64,000 nucleotides of DNA, from contig JAWBKB010000002.1 of NCBI GenBank assembly GCA_038831915.1, positions 99,751 through 163,750 of the forward strand, given 5' to 3'. A model generated the notes under the pieces. It did no database searches. It was not told the origin of the DNA and was given only the letters and a program-made list of their open reading frames with translations. Both the position numbers and the translations under genes were made by a program. Shown piece after piece: positions 29,589-39,025 of the stretch (position 1 is its first letter; every line of letters begins with the position of its first letter). This DNA comes from Candidatus Caldarchaeum sp. Lineage in GTDB: Archaea; Thermoproteota; Nitrososphaeria_A; Caldarchaeales; Caldarchaeaceae.

Positions 29589-30554
29589 TTGAAGGCGAAA
29601 GCAATCGCACATCCAATGGAGGGCCTGGTGAAATATCACGGACTGAGAGATTGGAACCTCAGAATTCCATATCATGACAGCATTTCGGTGAATCTTGAAG
29701 CTTTTAACACGACCACTGAGATTGAATTCGGCGATTTCGGCGAAGACGTCGCGTTAGTTAACGGCGTGAAGCTTCAAGGCCGGGAATTTGAACGTGTCAA
29801 GTCGGTCGTCGACTACGTGAGGAAGTTGGCGGGCATATCGGAGAATTTCTACATGACTTCGTCGAACTCGATTCCGAAAGGCACTGTGAAAGGGCTTGGG
29901 TTCTCCTCTTCGGCAGGTGCTGCTCTTGCGGCGGCATCATACAAAGCCGCAGGTCTCGACAAGAGGCTTGGATGGGATTACACGCTTTTATCGCGGATTG
30001 CTCGGAGGCTTGCCGGTTCAGCGTGTCGAAGCGTAGTCGGCTATTACGCGAGATGGTATGCCGGTAGGTCTGACGAAGATAGTTACGCTGTTTGTTTCGC
30101 CGAGCCGAAAGACTTGGACATCCGTGTCATCGTGGTGCCGTTCTACGTCGAATTTAGAACCGAGGACGGACACCGCGAAGCCGAGCTGTCACCGTTTTTC
30201 GAGTCACGAACGATATCCGCTCAGAAAAGATGTGACGAGCTTGAAAAAGCGATAAAAAATGGCGACTTCAAACGGTTCGGTGAATTAGTAGAATCAGACG
30301 CTCTTGAGCTTCACGCCGTCACAATGACCGGCCCTGGTAGATTGATACTTGCGACGTCGGACAGCTGGCGTGTCGTTCAAAAAGTCCTTCAGCTAAGGAA
30401 TCAAGGCGTCGAATGTTATTTCTCGATGCAGACGGGCCCAACGGTGTTTGTAAACACCCTTCCTGAAAATGTTTCCACCGTCGTCGAGTCAGTTAAAGAC
30501 CTGGGTTACAAAGCTTACGTTTCAAACATCGGAGGCCCCGCCAGAGCCCTATGA
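29589..30554 (+). CDS. mvaD: (Phospho)mevalonate decarboxylase, haloarchaeal MvaD-like
   Basis: AHPMEGLVKYHG, IPYHDSISV, GLGFSSSAG, GSACRS, SMQTGP. Confidence 0.82.
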   Translation: MKAKAIAHPMEGLVKYHGLRDWNLRIPYHDSISVNLEAFNTTTEIEFGDFGEDVALVNGVKLQGREFERVKSVVDYVRKLAGISENFYMTSSNSIPKGTVKGLGFSSSAGAALAAASYKAAGLDKRLGWDYTLLSRIARRLAGSACRSVVGYYARWYAGRSDEDSYAVCFAEPKDLDIRVIVVPFYVEFRTEDGHREAELSPFFESRTISAQKRCDELEKAIKNGDFKRFGELVESDALELHAVTMTGPGRLILATSDSWRVVQKVLQLRNQGVECYFSMQTGPTVFVNTLPENVSTVVESVKDLGYKAYVSNIGGPARAL

Positions 30555-30595
30555 AGTTATTAGTAACCAGTTGACGCGATAAATAAGGTGTAAAA

Positions 30596-30766
30596 ATGGT
30601 AGAAATTTCGGAGGAAGACATTCCGTTCTTCGCCGAAGTAACGGCCGGCGGAAGAATCACAATTCCAGAAGAAATCCGCAAAATATTTGAAATTAAGGAC
30701 GGCGACAGCTTGCTCTGCAAAATCCGAATTGTAAAGAGAAAATCTCAGCAACACGAACAGAAGTGA
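30596..30766 (+). CDS. AbrB/MazE/SpoVT family DNA-binding protein, 56 aa (missed by ORF track)
   Basis: MVEISEEDIPFFAEVTAGGRITIPEEIRKIFEIKDGDSLLCKIRIVK...; AAGGTG SD upstream. Confidence 0.88.
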   Translation: MVEISEEDIPFFAEVTAGGRITIPEEIRKIFEIKDGDSLLCKIRIVKRKSQQHEQK

Positions 30767-30772
30767 ACACGT

Positions 30773-31048
30773 TTAAATTCGTAGACCAAACGCCGCCGCG
30801 AACCTTTCAAATCTCTTAAACTCACTTAGATAGTTGAGCCCCTTATCAGTAACCACGTACAGAACTTCGGAGTTGCTGGTGCGAATCACCAATCCTTTCT
30901 CAACGAGGGCGTCCAGATACTTGACCAGTCTGTCATGCGACAGGTTTGCGTCCAGCATGATTTTGGTGGGCCTCGCACGGCCTTGCTGAACTATCGATTC
31001 AAGTATGTCTGCAAGAATTTTCGCCTTCGACCTATAATCCTTTACCAT
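30773..31048 (-). CDS. Winged-helix transcriptional regulator
   Basis: YRSKAKILADIL, TKIMLDANLS, YVVTDKG. Confidence 0.88.
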   Translation of the reverse strand: MVKDYRSKAKILADILESIVQQGRARPTKIMLDANLSHDRLVKYLDALVEKGLVIRTSNSEVLYVVTDKGLNYLSEFKRFERFAAAFGLRI

Positions 31049-31664
31049 CTCCGAACACCGAAAGCACCGCCGTGAGGAAAAGTAGTAACGCCATCAGTTG
31101 GAAGAACTGAGCCGCAAAGTAGAGCAGAATGTTCAGGGGGAGTGCTAAGAATAGAACATGGCTCAAAGTCAGAAACACGAAGCCGTAAAAAGAATAGGGG
31201 TTTTGAATATGCTTTCTTATCATTGCCAGATGGGCCAAAACAATTGTTAGAATGGTGACGGAAACAGCTTCTAGGAACGGGTTGTAAATCAGTGAAGGAG
31301 CGACGGCGATTAGTATCGGCATGCTTTGCAAATCTCTTATTGAGTATGATGCGTATAGGTAGAGAAAAACCGCGTATGCGGCTACGCGCATCGCCGAATA
31401 CACTACCTCCTGTGCTTGAAGGACGAAGAAAAACAGGCCGCGGAGCATGAAAGGCCTGCCCATGGGTAGGCTGAACGCAAAAGAGGTGAGCAAAATTCTC
31501 AGCAACATGGCTAAAGCCATAAGTAGAAAGCCGATGGAAAGAAGTGTTAGAGACCGTGAGCCTGTTTTACGGCCGCCCGCGAACGCAATCAGAGCTATCG
31601 CTAAACTGATGAAAAAACTTAAAGTTTCAAAGAAGATGTCCAGTCTGATAATGGTATTAAACAT
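31032..31664 (-). CDS. Polytopic membrane protein (about 6-7 TM)
   Basis: Successive hydrophobic helices; overlaps the wHTH gene start by 17 bp. Confidence 0.78.
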   Translation of the reverse strand: MFNTIIRLDIFFETLSFFISLAIALIAFAGGRKTGSRSLTLLSIGFLLMALAMLLRILLTSFAFSLPMGRPFMLRGLFFFVLQAQEVVYSAMRVAAYAVFLYLYASYSIRDLQSMPILIAVAPSLIYNPFLEAVSVTILTIVLAHLAMIRKHIQNPYSFYGFVFLTLSHVLFLALPLNILLYFAAQFFQLMALLLFLTAVLSVFGDGKGL

Positions 31665-31692
31665 TCCAACTCCAGGAAAAATTTGTGGGGTT

Positions 31693-32172
31693 TTATGTGT
31701 TGCCGGTTGATACTCTCTCTCGCACAGCGGGACTTGGTGCTAGAACTGTTATTCCTGTGTCAAGGTCGATGATTTGCTTGACGTAGGTGATGGTCGTTGT
31801 TACTCCGCTGGGTCTTGTGAATGAAACTGTAACCACGGTTACTTTTACGCGGTCACCGATGTTTAGCAAATCAGTTGCAAAGAGTTTGAAGAATGTTACT
31901 CTTCTTTCGCCGTGTAGCCAGACCATGGGAGCCACTAACTTCGCGGCCGACTCGCCGGCCGTTATTTCGATGTACCGCATGTCTGCGTCTGATATCACTC
32001 CTTCTAACGTTGTTTCCGTGACCGTTGTCTGAGTTCTATTATGCCAAGGGCCGCCCATGCGATGGTTTCCACGTCCTGCCGGCACGTTGTCAAATGCGTT
32101 TACCACGGCCAACCCTGTCACTAGCACCGCGACAACGGCCAAGACAGCCGAAAAAGCAATTATTCTGTTCAC
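31693..32172 (-). CDS. Secreted protein, possibly OB-fold
   Basis: Signal peptide, Gly/His linker, TLEGVI...LNIGDRVKV. Confidence 0.72.
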   Translation of the reverse strand: MNRIIAFSAVLAVVAVLVTGLAVVNAFDNVPAGRGNHRMGGPWHNRTQTTVTETTLEGVISDADMRYIEITAGESAAKLVAPMVWLHGERRVTFFKLFATDLLNIGDRVKVTVVTVSFTRPSGVTTTITYVKQIIDLDTGITVLAPSPAVRERVSTGNT

Positions 32173-32236
32173 GAAAACAAATCGAGACAGCCAAAATAAA
32201 AAAGGGATGTATGATTCGTCTATTCGAAAAAATTAG

Positions 32237-33205
<969 letters not shown>

Positions 33206-33215
33206 TTATCCTTTC

Positions 33216-35171
33216 TCACCCCCCGCTCCTTTTAACTATTCTCGGAGTACCGTGAATCACGGCCTCTTTCAAGCCGTCGCGAATTTCAGAGAACGAAAAC
33301 GGCCGTCCGTTGTATTTTACGATTAGATGGTCGGTTTTGATTCCTGTCCGGGCTCTGAGTAGCGTTGCAAACTGTCCTGTAAAATTCTGCTCCACCACAA
33401 TCAGCTTTTTGTACTGAGGTATAAGGCTGGTGAGAAACCTTGCGGGGAAGGGGTTTAGTAATTTTACCTGAGCAAAAGCAAACCGAAGTCCTTCAGAAGC
33501 GAGGTAGTCGATGGCGTCGATTATCGCTCCTTTTGTCGAGCCCCAGCTCAGCACTAGGTAGGGGGCGTCGTAATCGCCGTAGATCAAAACTCTTTCACTG
33601 TCGGGGATTTCTGCATCCGCTATTTCGAGTTTTCTCATCCTTTTTTCCATCATTCGGTCTCTCAAGGACGGTTCCTCTGTGATGTGGCCAAGCTCGTCAT
33701 GTTCGTCACCTGTGTTCCAGAATATTCCGTTTTCTACGCCGAAAATTGTTCTGTATGAAACTCCGTCCTCGGTGAATTTGAACCGTTTGTATTGGCCGAG
33801 AGAAGGGTCCCAAAAAGTGACGAGTTTTCCTCGGTCGATTCTGATTTTGCTTATGTCGAAGACGTCGACCGTCATGTTGCTGTTTGCGAGAGCTTTGTCG
33901 AGGATATGTATAACTGGTGTTTGATACCTTTCAGCATAATTGAATGCCTTAGCAACGTCGTAGAAAGCTTCCTCTATGTCGCCTGAAGCAAGAACAAGAC
34001 GCGGAAATTCCCCGTGACCGCCAAAGATTGAGAACAAGAGCTCGCCTTGTTCATGACGTGTTGGAAGACCTGTGCTAGGTCCTCCTCTTTGGTATAAAGT
34101 CACTACTACGGGAACTTCATTCATCCCAGCCCAGCCAAGTCCTTCAATCATCAGGTCTAGACCTGGGCCTGAAGTCGCTGTCGCAGCCCTAGCGCCTGCC
34201 AAAGCCGCTCCAGAAACCATGTTTATCGCGGCGATTTCGTCCTCTGTTTGCACGACAACTATTGAGCCGTGGCCGTTCAGCTCCTCAACTTCTTTGAGGT
34301 GGGGGAATTCGTGATAAACATCAAAAACTTGATGATCTTCGAGGTAAACGCTTTCATCGCTAGCCGGAGTAATCGGATAGTAAGTCTGAAACCTGCAGCC
34401 CGCCGCTATTTTTCCTAGTGCCACAGAGGACGTGCCTGAGATGAATAGCCTCCTCTTTTTCATCTTAGGCTCAACCCTATATGGAAAGTCTGTAGCGAAG
34501 TTTTTCTGAACGTATTCAGCAGCTGTTTCAGCTGCTACCACGTTTGACTTAATCACTTTGGCTTTTGCTCGAAAAACCTGACTCAGAGCGGTTTCGAGAT
34601 AAGTGATCGGTATCGAAAGGAGGCTGAGAGAAGCGCCGACGGCGATGGTGTTCGTCATTCTTGCCAACGCGCTGAGCTGTTGTTCGCCAGTTTGTTCTCC
34701 GATTTTTTTCAACAACTCCATGTATGGAACGGGATACAGTCTTACACCGTTACGTCTTGCGACCTCGAGAACATCACCAACGGTTTCGCCAAGTCCTTCC
34801 TTCGAAAGCCTCATCTGTATCCTTTCCAGAACCGGTTTTTCAAGAGTTGGGATAGACGTAATTTTTTCGTTAACCGCCATCGAGTCGTAGATGATTCCAC
34901 CTCCTCCGACAACTTCCCAGGCGTGGCGGACAACTGTTTCAGAGTCAAAAGTTGCTAGAAGGTGTACTTCGTCCATCGTGGAATGAACTGGGCCGTCTGA
35001 AATCACGACGCTGAAATAGCTATGCTCCCCCTTGATGTTCGAATAATATTCTCGTTTACCGAAAACGTAGAGACCGTAACTCGCGGATGCCCGAGAAAAA
35101 ACGTTGGCCGACGAGTCAACACCCGTACCCTGCGCTCCGCCAATCATCCAAGAAATTTTGGTTGTACCCAT
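33216..35171 (-). CDS. 2-oxoacid:ferredoxin oxidoreductase alpha subunit (gamma-fused)
   Basis: GGAQGTG, YYPITPAS, EDEIAA, TSGPG, RGGPSTGLPT. Confidence 0.96.
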   Translation of the reverse strand: MGTTKISWMIGGAQGTGVDSSANVFSRASASYGLYVFGKREYYSNIKGEHSYFSVVISDGPVHSTMDEVHLLATFDSETVVRHAWEVVGGGGIIYDSMAVNEKITSIPTLEKPVLERIQMRLSKEGLGETVGDVLEVARRNGVRLYPVPYMELLKKIGEQTGEQQLSALARMTNTIAVGASLSLLSIPITYLETALSQVFRAKAKVIKSNVVAAETAAEYVQKNFATDFPYRVEPKMKKRRLFISGTSSVALGKIAAGCRFQTYYPITPASDESVYLEDHQVFDVYHEFPHLKEVEELNGHGSIVVVQTEDEIAAINMVSGAALAGARAATATSGPGLDLMIEGLGWAGMNEVPVVVTLYQRGGPSTGLPTRHEQGELLFSIFGGHGEFPRLVLASGDIEEAFYDVAKAFNYAERYQTPVIHILDKALANSNMTVDVFDISKIRIDRGKLVTFWDPSLGQYKRFKFTEDGVSYRTIFGVENGIFWNTGDEHDELGHITEEPSLRDRMMEKRMRKLEIADAEIPDSERVLIYGDYDAPYLVLSWGSTKGAIIDAIDYLASEGLRFAFAQVKLLNPFPARFLTSLIPQYKKLIVVEQNFTGQFATLLRARTGIKTDHLIVKYNGRPFSFSEIRDGLKEAVIHGTPRIVKRSGG

Positions 35172-35221
35172 TTTCTTTGTAAACTGTAGACCTCTGTCTT
35201 ATTTAACCATGTTAGAGCAAC

Positions 35222-35797
35222 TCATTCGACTTTTATTTTTTCTCCCCTCGGTTTGGCCGGTTCCTTTTTGGGGAAGCTGACTTCGAGGACGCCGTTGTTA
35301 TAGCCTGCTTTCACGTTCGTGGTTGAAACCTCCGCCGGAAGTTCGACCTCTTTGTAGTATTTTCTTTCAGGCGTGTCAACACGGATGATAAGCCTGTTTC
35401 CGTCGACTGTCAAATCGATGTCTTCTTTCTTCACTCCCGGAATTTCGGCCACAACCTTGACGGATTTCTCCTCCTCGAAAACGTCGACTAGCGGCTCTCT
35501 TTCAACTTTGACTTCTAGGCCTCGGGGTAAGGCTGCGGGTGACACGTTTCCAAACTGGCGGAACACTGGTTTTCCATCCGGTCCAATGGTAATAGAGTAT
35601 CCATAGATGAATGGGCCGTATTGTCTCTTTATTCCGGTTGGGGTTCGCGTTTCCTTCACCAAATCTTTTGGTAATGTATCCATCATGCGTTGAATTTCCT
35701 CGAATAGTTCGCGCTGCATTTCCTCAAACATTCGTTCAAATTCTTCAAAGAAGCTGAATGGCCTTCTTCTTCGACGCGACCAAAATTCATCCGACAT
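35222..35797 (-). CDS. hsp20: Small heat shock protein Hsp20
   Basis: GPFIYGYSITIGPDGKP, REPLVDV, YNNGVLEV. Confidence 0.95.
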   Translation of the reverse strand: MSDEFWSRRRRRPFSFFEEFERMFEEMQRELFEEIQRMMDTLPKDLVKETRTPTGIKRQYGPFIYGYSITIGPDGKPVFRQFGNVSPAALPRGLEVKVEREPLVDVFEEEKSVKVVAEIPGVKKEDIDLTVDGNRLIIRVDTPERKYYKEVELPAEVSTTNVKAGYNNGVLEVSFPKKEPAKPRGEKIKVE

Positions 35798-35834
35798 TTC
35801 GATACCTATTTATGAAGAGGCTGGTTATAAGATT

Positions 35835-37004
35835 TTGCGAAACGAGAAATTGTTGCAAGAGCTGGAATCTTTCGCCTCAGCTGCGTTTATAGTCGCTTGG
35901 CTCGTCATCTTCTTTGCGAGAAAAAGGATTCTCGACGAAATGACACCTTTCCCGGATGAACGTGTCTTGATTGGGGCTAATCTTTCTGTCATTGTTCCAG
36001 TTAGGAACGAAGAAAAACATGTAGCACATTGTCTTTCAAGCATTTTGAAGGCAAAAGGTGTGGTGAAGGAAGTGATAGTTGTGGACGATAATTCGACTGA
36101 CCGGACGTGGGATGTCGTGCAACAATTTGTTGGTGTAGACGTGAAAGCCGTGAAAGCAGGAGTGCCTCCCGAGGGGTGGATGGGCAAAAGCTGGGCCTGC
36201 CACGTTGGCTACAAAAATTCAACTGGTTCATGGCTGCTTTTCACCGACGCGGACACTGAGTTTTCGGAGAAAGCCGTGGTAAACGCTGTTGCCGACGCTG
36301 AACGGAGAGGGCTTGAATTTGTTTCTCTTTATCCGCGTTTTCGCATGAACAGCTTTCTCCACCACTTCGCTTTGCCCGTGATGCTGTTAGGTTTCTACGC
36401 TTTCGGTAAGCCTCATCTCGTCAAAAAAGGCAAGTCAGCCTTTGCATTTGGAAGCTTCATTCTCGTCAGAAGAGATGCATACGAGCGAATCGGCGGCCAT
36501 CAAGCCGTCAGAGATGCCGTGCTCGAAGACCGTGCACTAGCGCTGGCCGCACAAAAAGCCGGTCTGAAAACTGAGCTTTACAAAGCATTCGACCAACTTG
36601 TTACATCGTGGAACGACGATTCTGTCACGCTTTGGAACGGTATGATTCGTATATTCACCCCACTTGCTCTCAAAAACCCCGGAAAAACGGTTGGAATCTT
36701 CTTCCTTCTGACCTTTGTCTGCCTCGCGATACCGGCCATAAACATCTACAGCGGGAATTATCTGCCACTGGTTTTCGCACATTTGGCCGCTGCTTTAGTA
36801 GTTGGAGGCGAATCAGCGAGACATCAATCCAATTTTCTTTACGGGTTGATGTGGCCCGTCGGCGTCGCAGCCATAATGACCGCAGCTCTCGTGGCTCTGA
36901 CTAAGGCATGGAAGAACCCAACCGTCGTGTGGAGGGGCCGCAAATATCTAATCAGGCAGGGTCAAGTTCACGAACAAGTCATCCTGGTTTCGTCAGATAA
37001 ATGA
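35835..37004 (+). CDS. Membrane GT2 glycosyltransferase (CrtQ/HpnB-like)
   Basis: PVRNEE, DDNSTD, GWMGK, FTDAD, EDRAL, TM helices. Confidence 0.87.
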   Translation: MRNEKLLQELESFASAAFIVAWLVIFFARKRILDEMTPFPDERVLIGANLSVIVPVRNEEKHVAHCLSSILKAKGVVKEVIVVDDNSTDRTWDVVQQFVGVDVKAVKAGVPPEGWMGKSWACHVGYKNSTGSWLLFTDADTEFSEKAVVNAVADAERRGLEFVSLYPRFRMNSFLHHFALPVMLLGFYAFGKPHLVKKGKSAFAFGSFILVRRDAYERIGGHQAVRDAVLEDRALALAAQKAGLKTELYKAFDQLVTSWNDDSVTLWNGMIRIFTPLALKNPGKTVGIFFLLTFVCLAIPAINIYSGNYLPLVFAHLAAALVVGGESARHQSNFLYGLMWPVGVAAIMTAALVALTKAWKNPTVVWRGRKYLIRQGQVHEQVILVSSDK

Positions 37005-38119
37005 TGCTCTCACGTGAAACACCGATTTTCTTCACCCTGTCGACAGCGGCAACCCGTTTGTTTACAGCGACAATCTTATCAACAAGGAATCCTCTTTCAT
37101 CAGCGATTTCAGCCAAAGCTATGTCAGTTTCGATAACCCTGTCGGGAAAGACTCCACCGCTGACAACAACGGCAGCCTTCCCCCCCACTTTCAAAACACG
37201 ATACAATTCCGACAACGCTATTGACATATCCTCAAAATACAACTTGGCCACAAGAGGTAAACCATCGACGATGGAAGAGTAGTCGATTTCGCCAGGCCTC
37301 AAACCTACGTAAGACCTTATTGCCCGATGAGGAATCTCCGGGAAAAAGAGTTCGTATTCAGGCCAGTAGCATCGAGTGTATTCGATCTTGTTGAGGTAGG
37401 GGGGCGAAGTTATGACCGCGTCTACTGTTTCATCTTCGACGAATGATAGATTCCTGGCGTCTCCCAACCGGACGTCCGCAAAAGCCATGGTCAAAGGCAG
37501 TTTTTCACAATCCTTGATCATCATGTTCACTGCTCTGCGAAATGATTTGCGGAGCGATGGAATCCTCGGCTTGTTTTTCACCACTTTAATCACGGCACCA
37601 TCCCTAACCATGTAGGAAGATTTTTCAGCAGCAGCCATCAAAGCCAGCATGAAAAATCCACGTTCCTTTTCATCTTCTAATTCTTTCAACACTTTTCTGA
37701 AGAAAATCAAATCCTCTAACACGGCTCTTGGATACAAATTGCGAAGCAGGCCTGTCACGTGAATTTCCGGCCTTTCAAACTGGCGAGTAAAAATCATGTC
37801 TCGAAAATGTCTGAGTTTTTCGATGTCGTAGATGGCGGTTTTGACGCTGGAAATGAAGACGAATAGAGGTGAAACATCGACCCCGATAGACTGAATTCCC
37901 AACTCTTTGCAAGTTAGTAACGTGGTCCCGACACCCATGAAGGGGTCTAAAACCACGTTTTCATGGGAAATGTTGAACTGTTTGATGACAAGTTTGACGA
38001 ATTGTGCGGAAAAGCCCTCTTTAAAGAAAAAACCATCTATGACGGGGGAGGGTTGAGTTTGGCTTGAAGGTCACCAGCTCGCCTAGGTCGTATCTTTCCT
38101 CGAGTAAAAATCGCCTCAC
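36979..38119 (-). pseudogene. Orphan amino-DNA methyltransferase (N4C-type, alpha motif order) split by a +1 frameshift
   Basis: GTG 38119 opens MRRFLLEERYDLGELVTFKPN...RHRWFFL* (stop 38023-38021); continues in +1 frame KEGFS...DPFMGVGTT...TSPPY. Confidence 0.8.
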
Positions 38120-38619
38120 TTCTTCACCGCCGAGATTAGAGCTTTAACAAACACATGCAAATCTGAAGGATATCGTGACGTTATCAGGTTGCGGTCAACG
38201 ACAACCGGCTTGTCCTCGTATATCCCGCCAGCATTTTCAACGTCGTCCTTCACAGCAGCCGCGCTCGTAAGCCTGTAGCCCTTCAACACTTTTGCCGAAA
38301 TCAGTAGTTGCGGGCCATGACAAATCGCCGCCACCGGTTTACCCGTCTTGAAAAACTTCGACACGAAGGTGACCACTCGGCTATCGCGTCGGAGACGGTC
38401 GGGAGCCCATCCCCCTGGAATCACCAGACAATCGTATTCCTCTGGCTTAGCTTCGTCAATCGATTTGCTTGCCTCAACTTCGATTCCGTGTTTTCCTTTG
38501 TAAATTTTCTTTTCCGGCCCGATGACATCCACTTCAAACCCTTCTTCACGTAGGCGAATAACTGGATAAAACAGCTCAAGGTCTTCGAATTCAGGCCCAG
38601 CTAAAACAGCCGCTTTCAC
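38116..38619 (-). CDS. pfpI: PfpI/DJ-1 family protease/deglycase
   Basis: FEDLE, PGGWAPD, ICHGPQ, LITSR. Confidence 0.93.
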   Translation of the reverse strand: MKAAVLAGPEFEDLELFYPVIRLREEGFEVDVIGPEKKIYKGKHGIEVEASKSIDEAKPEEYDCLVIPGGWAPDRLRRDSRVVTFVSKFFKTGKPVAAICHGPQLLISAKVLKGYRLTSAAAVKDDVENAGGIYEDKPVVVDRNLITSRYPSDLHVFVKALISAVKK

Positions 38620-38679
38620 ACCACACCACCGCTACGTGATTTATTCGTACATGTTTATATATGTGTGGCGTAACGTTAG

Positions 38680-38991
38680 ATGGTGATGCCAACAGTCGAA
38701 CAAGTGATGGAAGCTCTGAAGAACTGCTACGACCCAGAAATCCCCGTAAACATAGTTGACCTTGGGCTTGTCTATGACGTAAAAATAATCGACGACAAAA
38801 CTGTATACGTGAAAATGACTTTGACCGCTCCCGGATGCCCGGTTGGAGCATTTGTCGCTGAACAGGTTAAAGAAGCCGTTATGACGTTGGTCGAAGGAGT
38901 CGAAAAAGTCGACGTCGAAATCGTGTTCGACCCGCCGTGGACCCCTGACCGGATGAGCGACGAAGCAAAGGAAATCCTCGGAATCATCTAA
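38680..38991 (+). CDS. SufT/PaaD-like (DUF59) Fe-S assembly factor
   Basis: DPEIPVNIVDLGL, MTLTAPGCP, PPWTPDRMS. Confidence 0.93.
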   Translation: MVMPTVEQVMEALKNCYDPEIPVNIVDLGLVYDVKIIDDKTVYVKMTLTAPGCPVGAFVAEQVKEAVMTLVEGVEKVDVEIVFDPPWTPDRMSDEAKEILGII

Positions 38992-39025
38992 GCTATAAAT
39001 TAGGACTTTCCGGTCTCTTTTCGGA

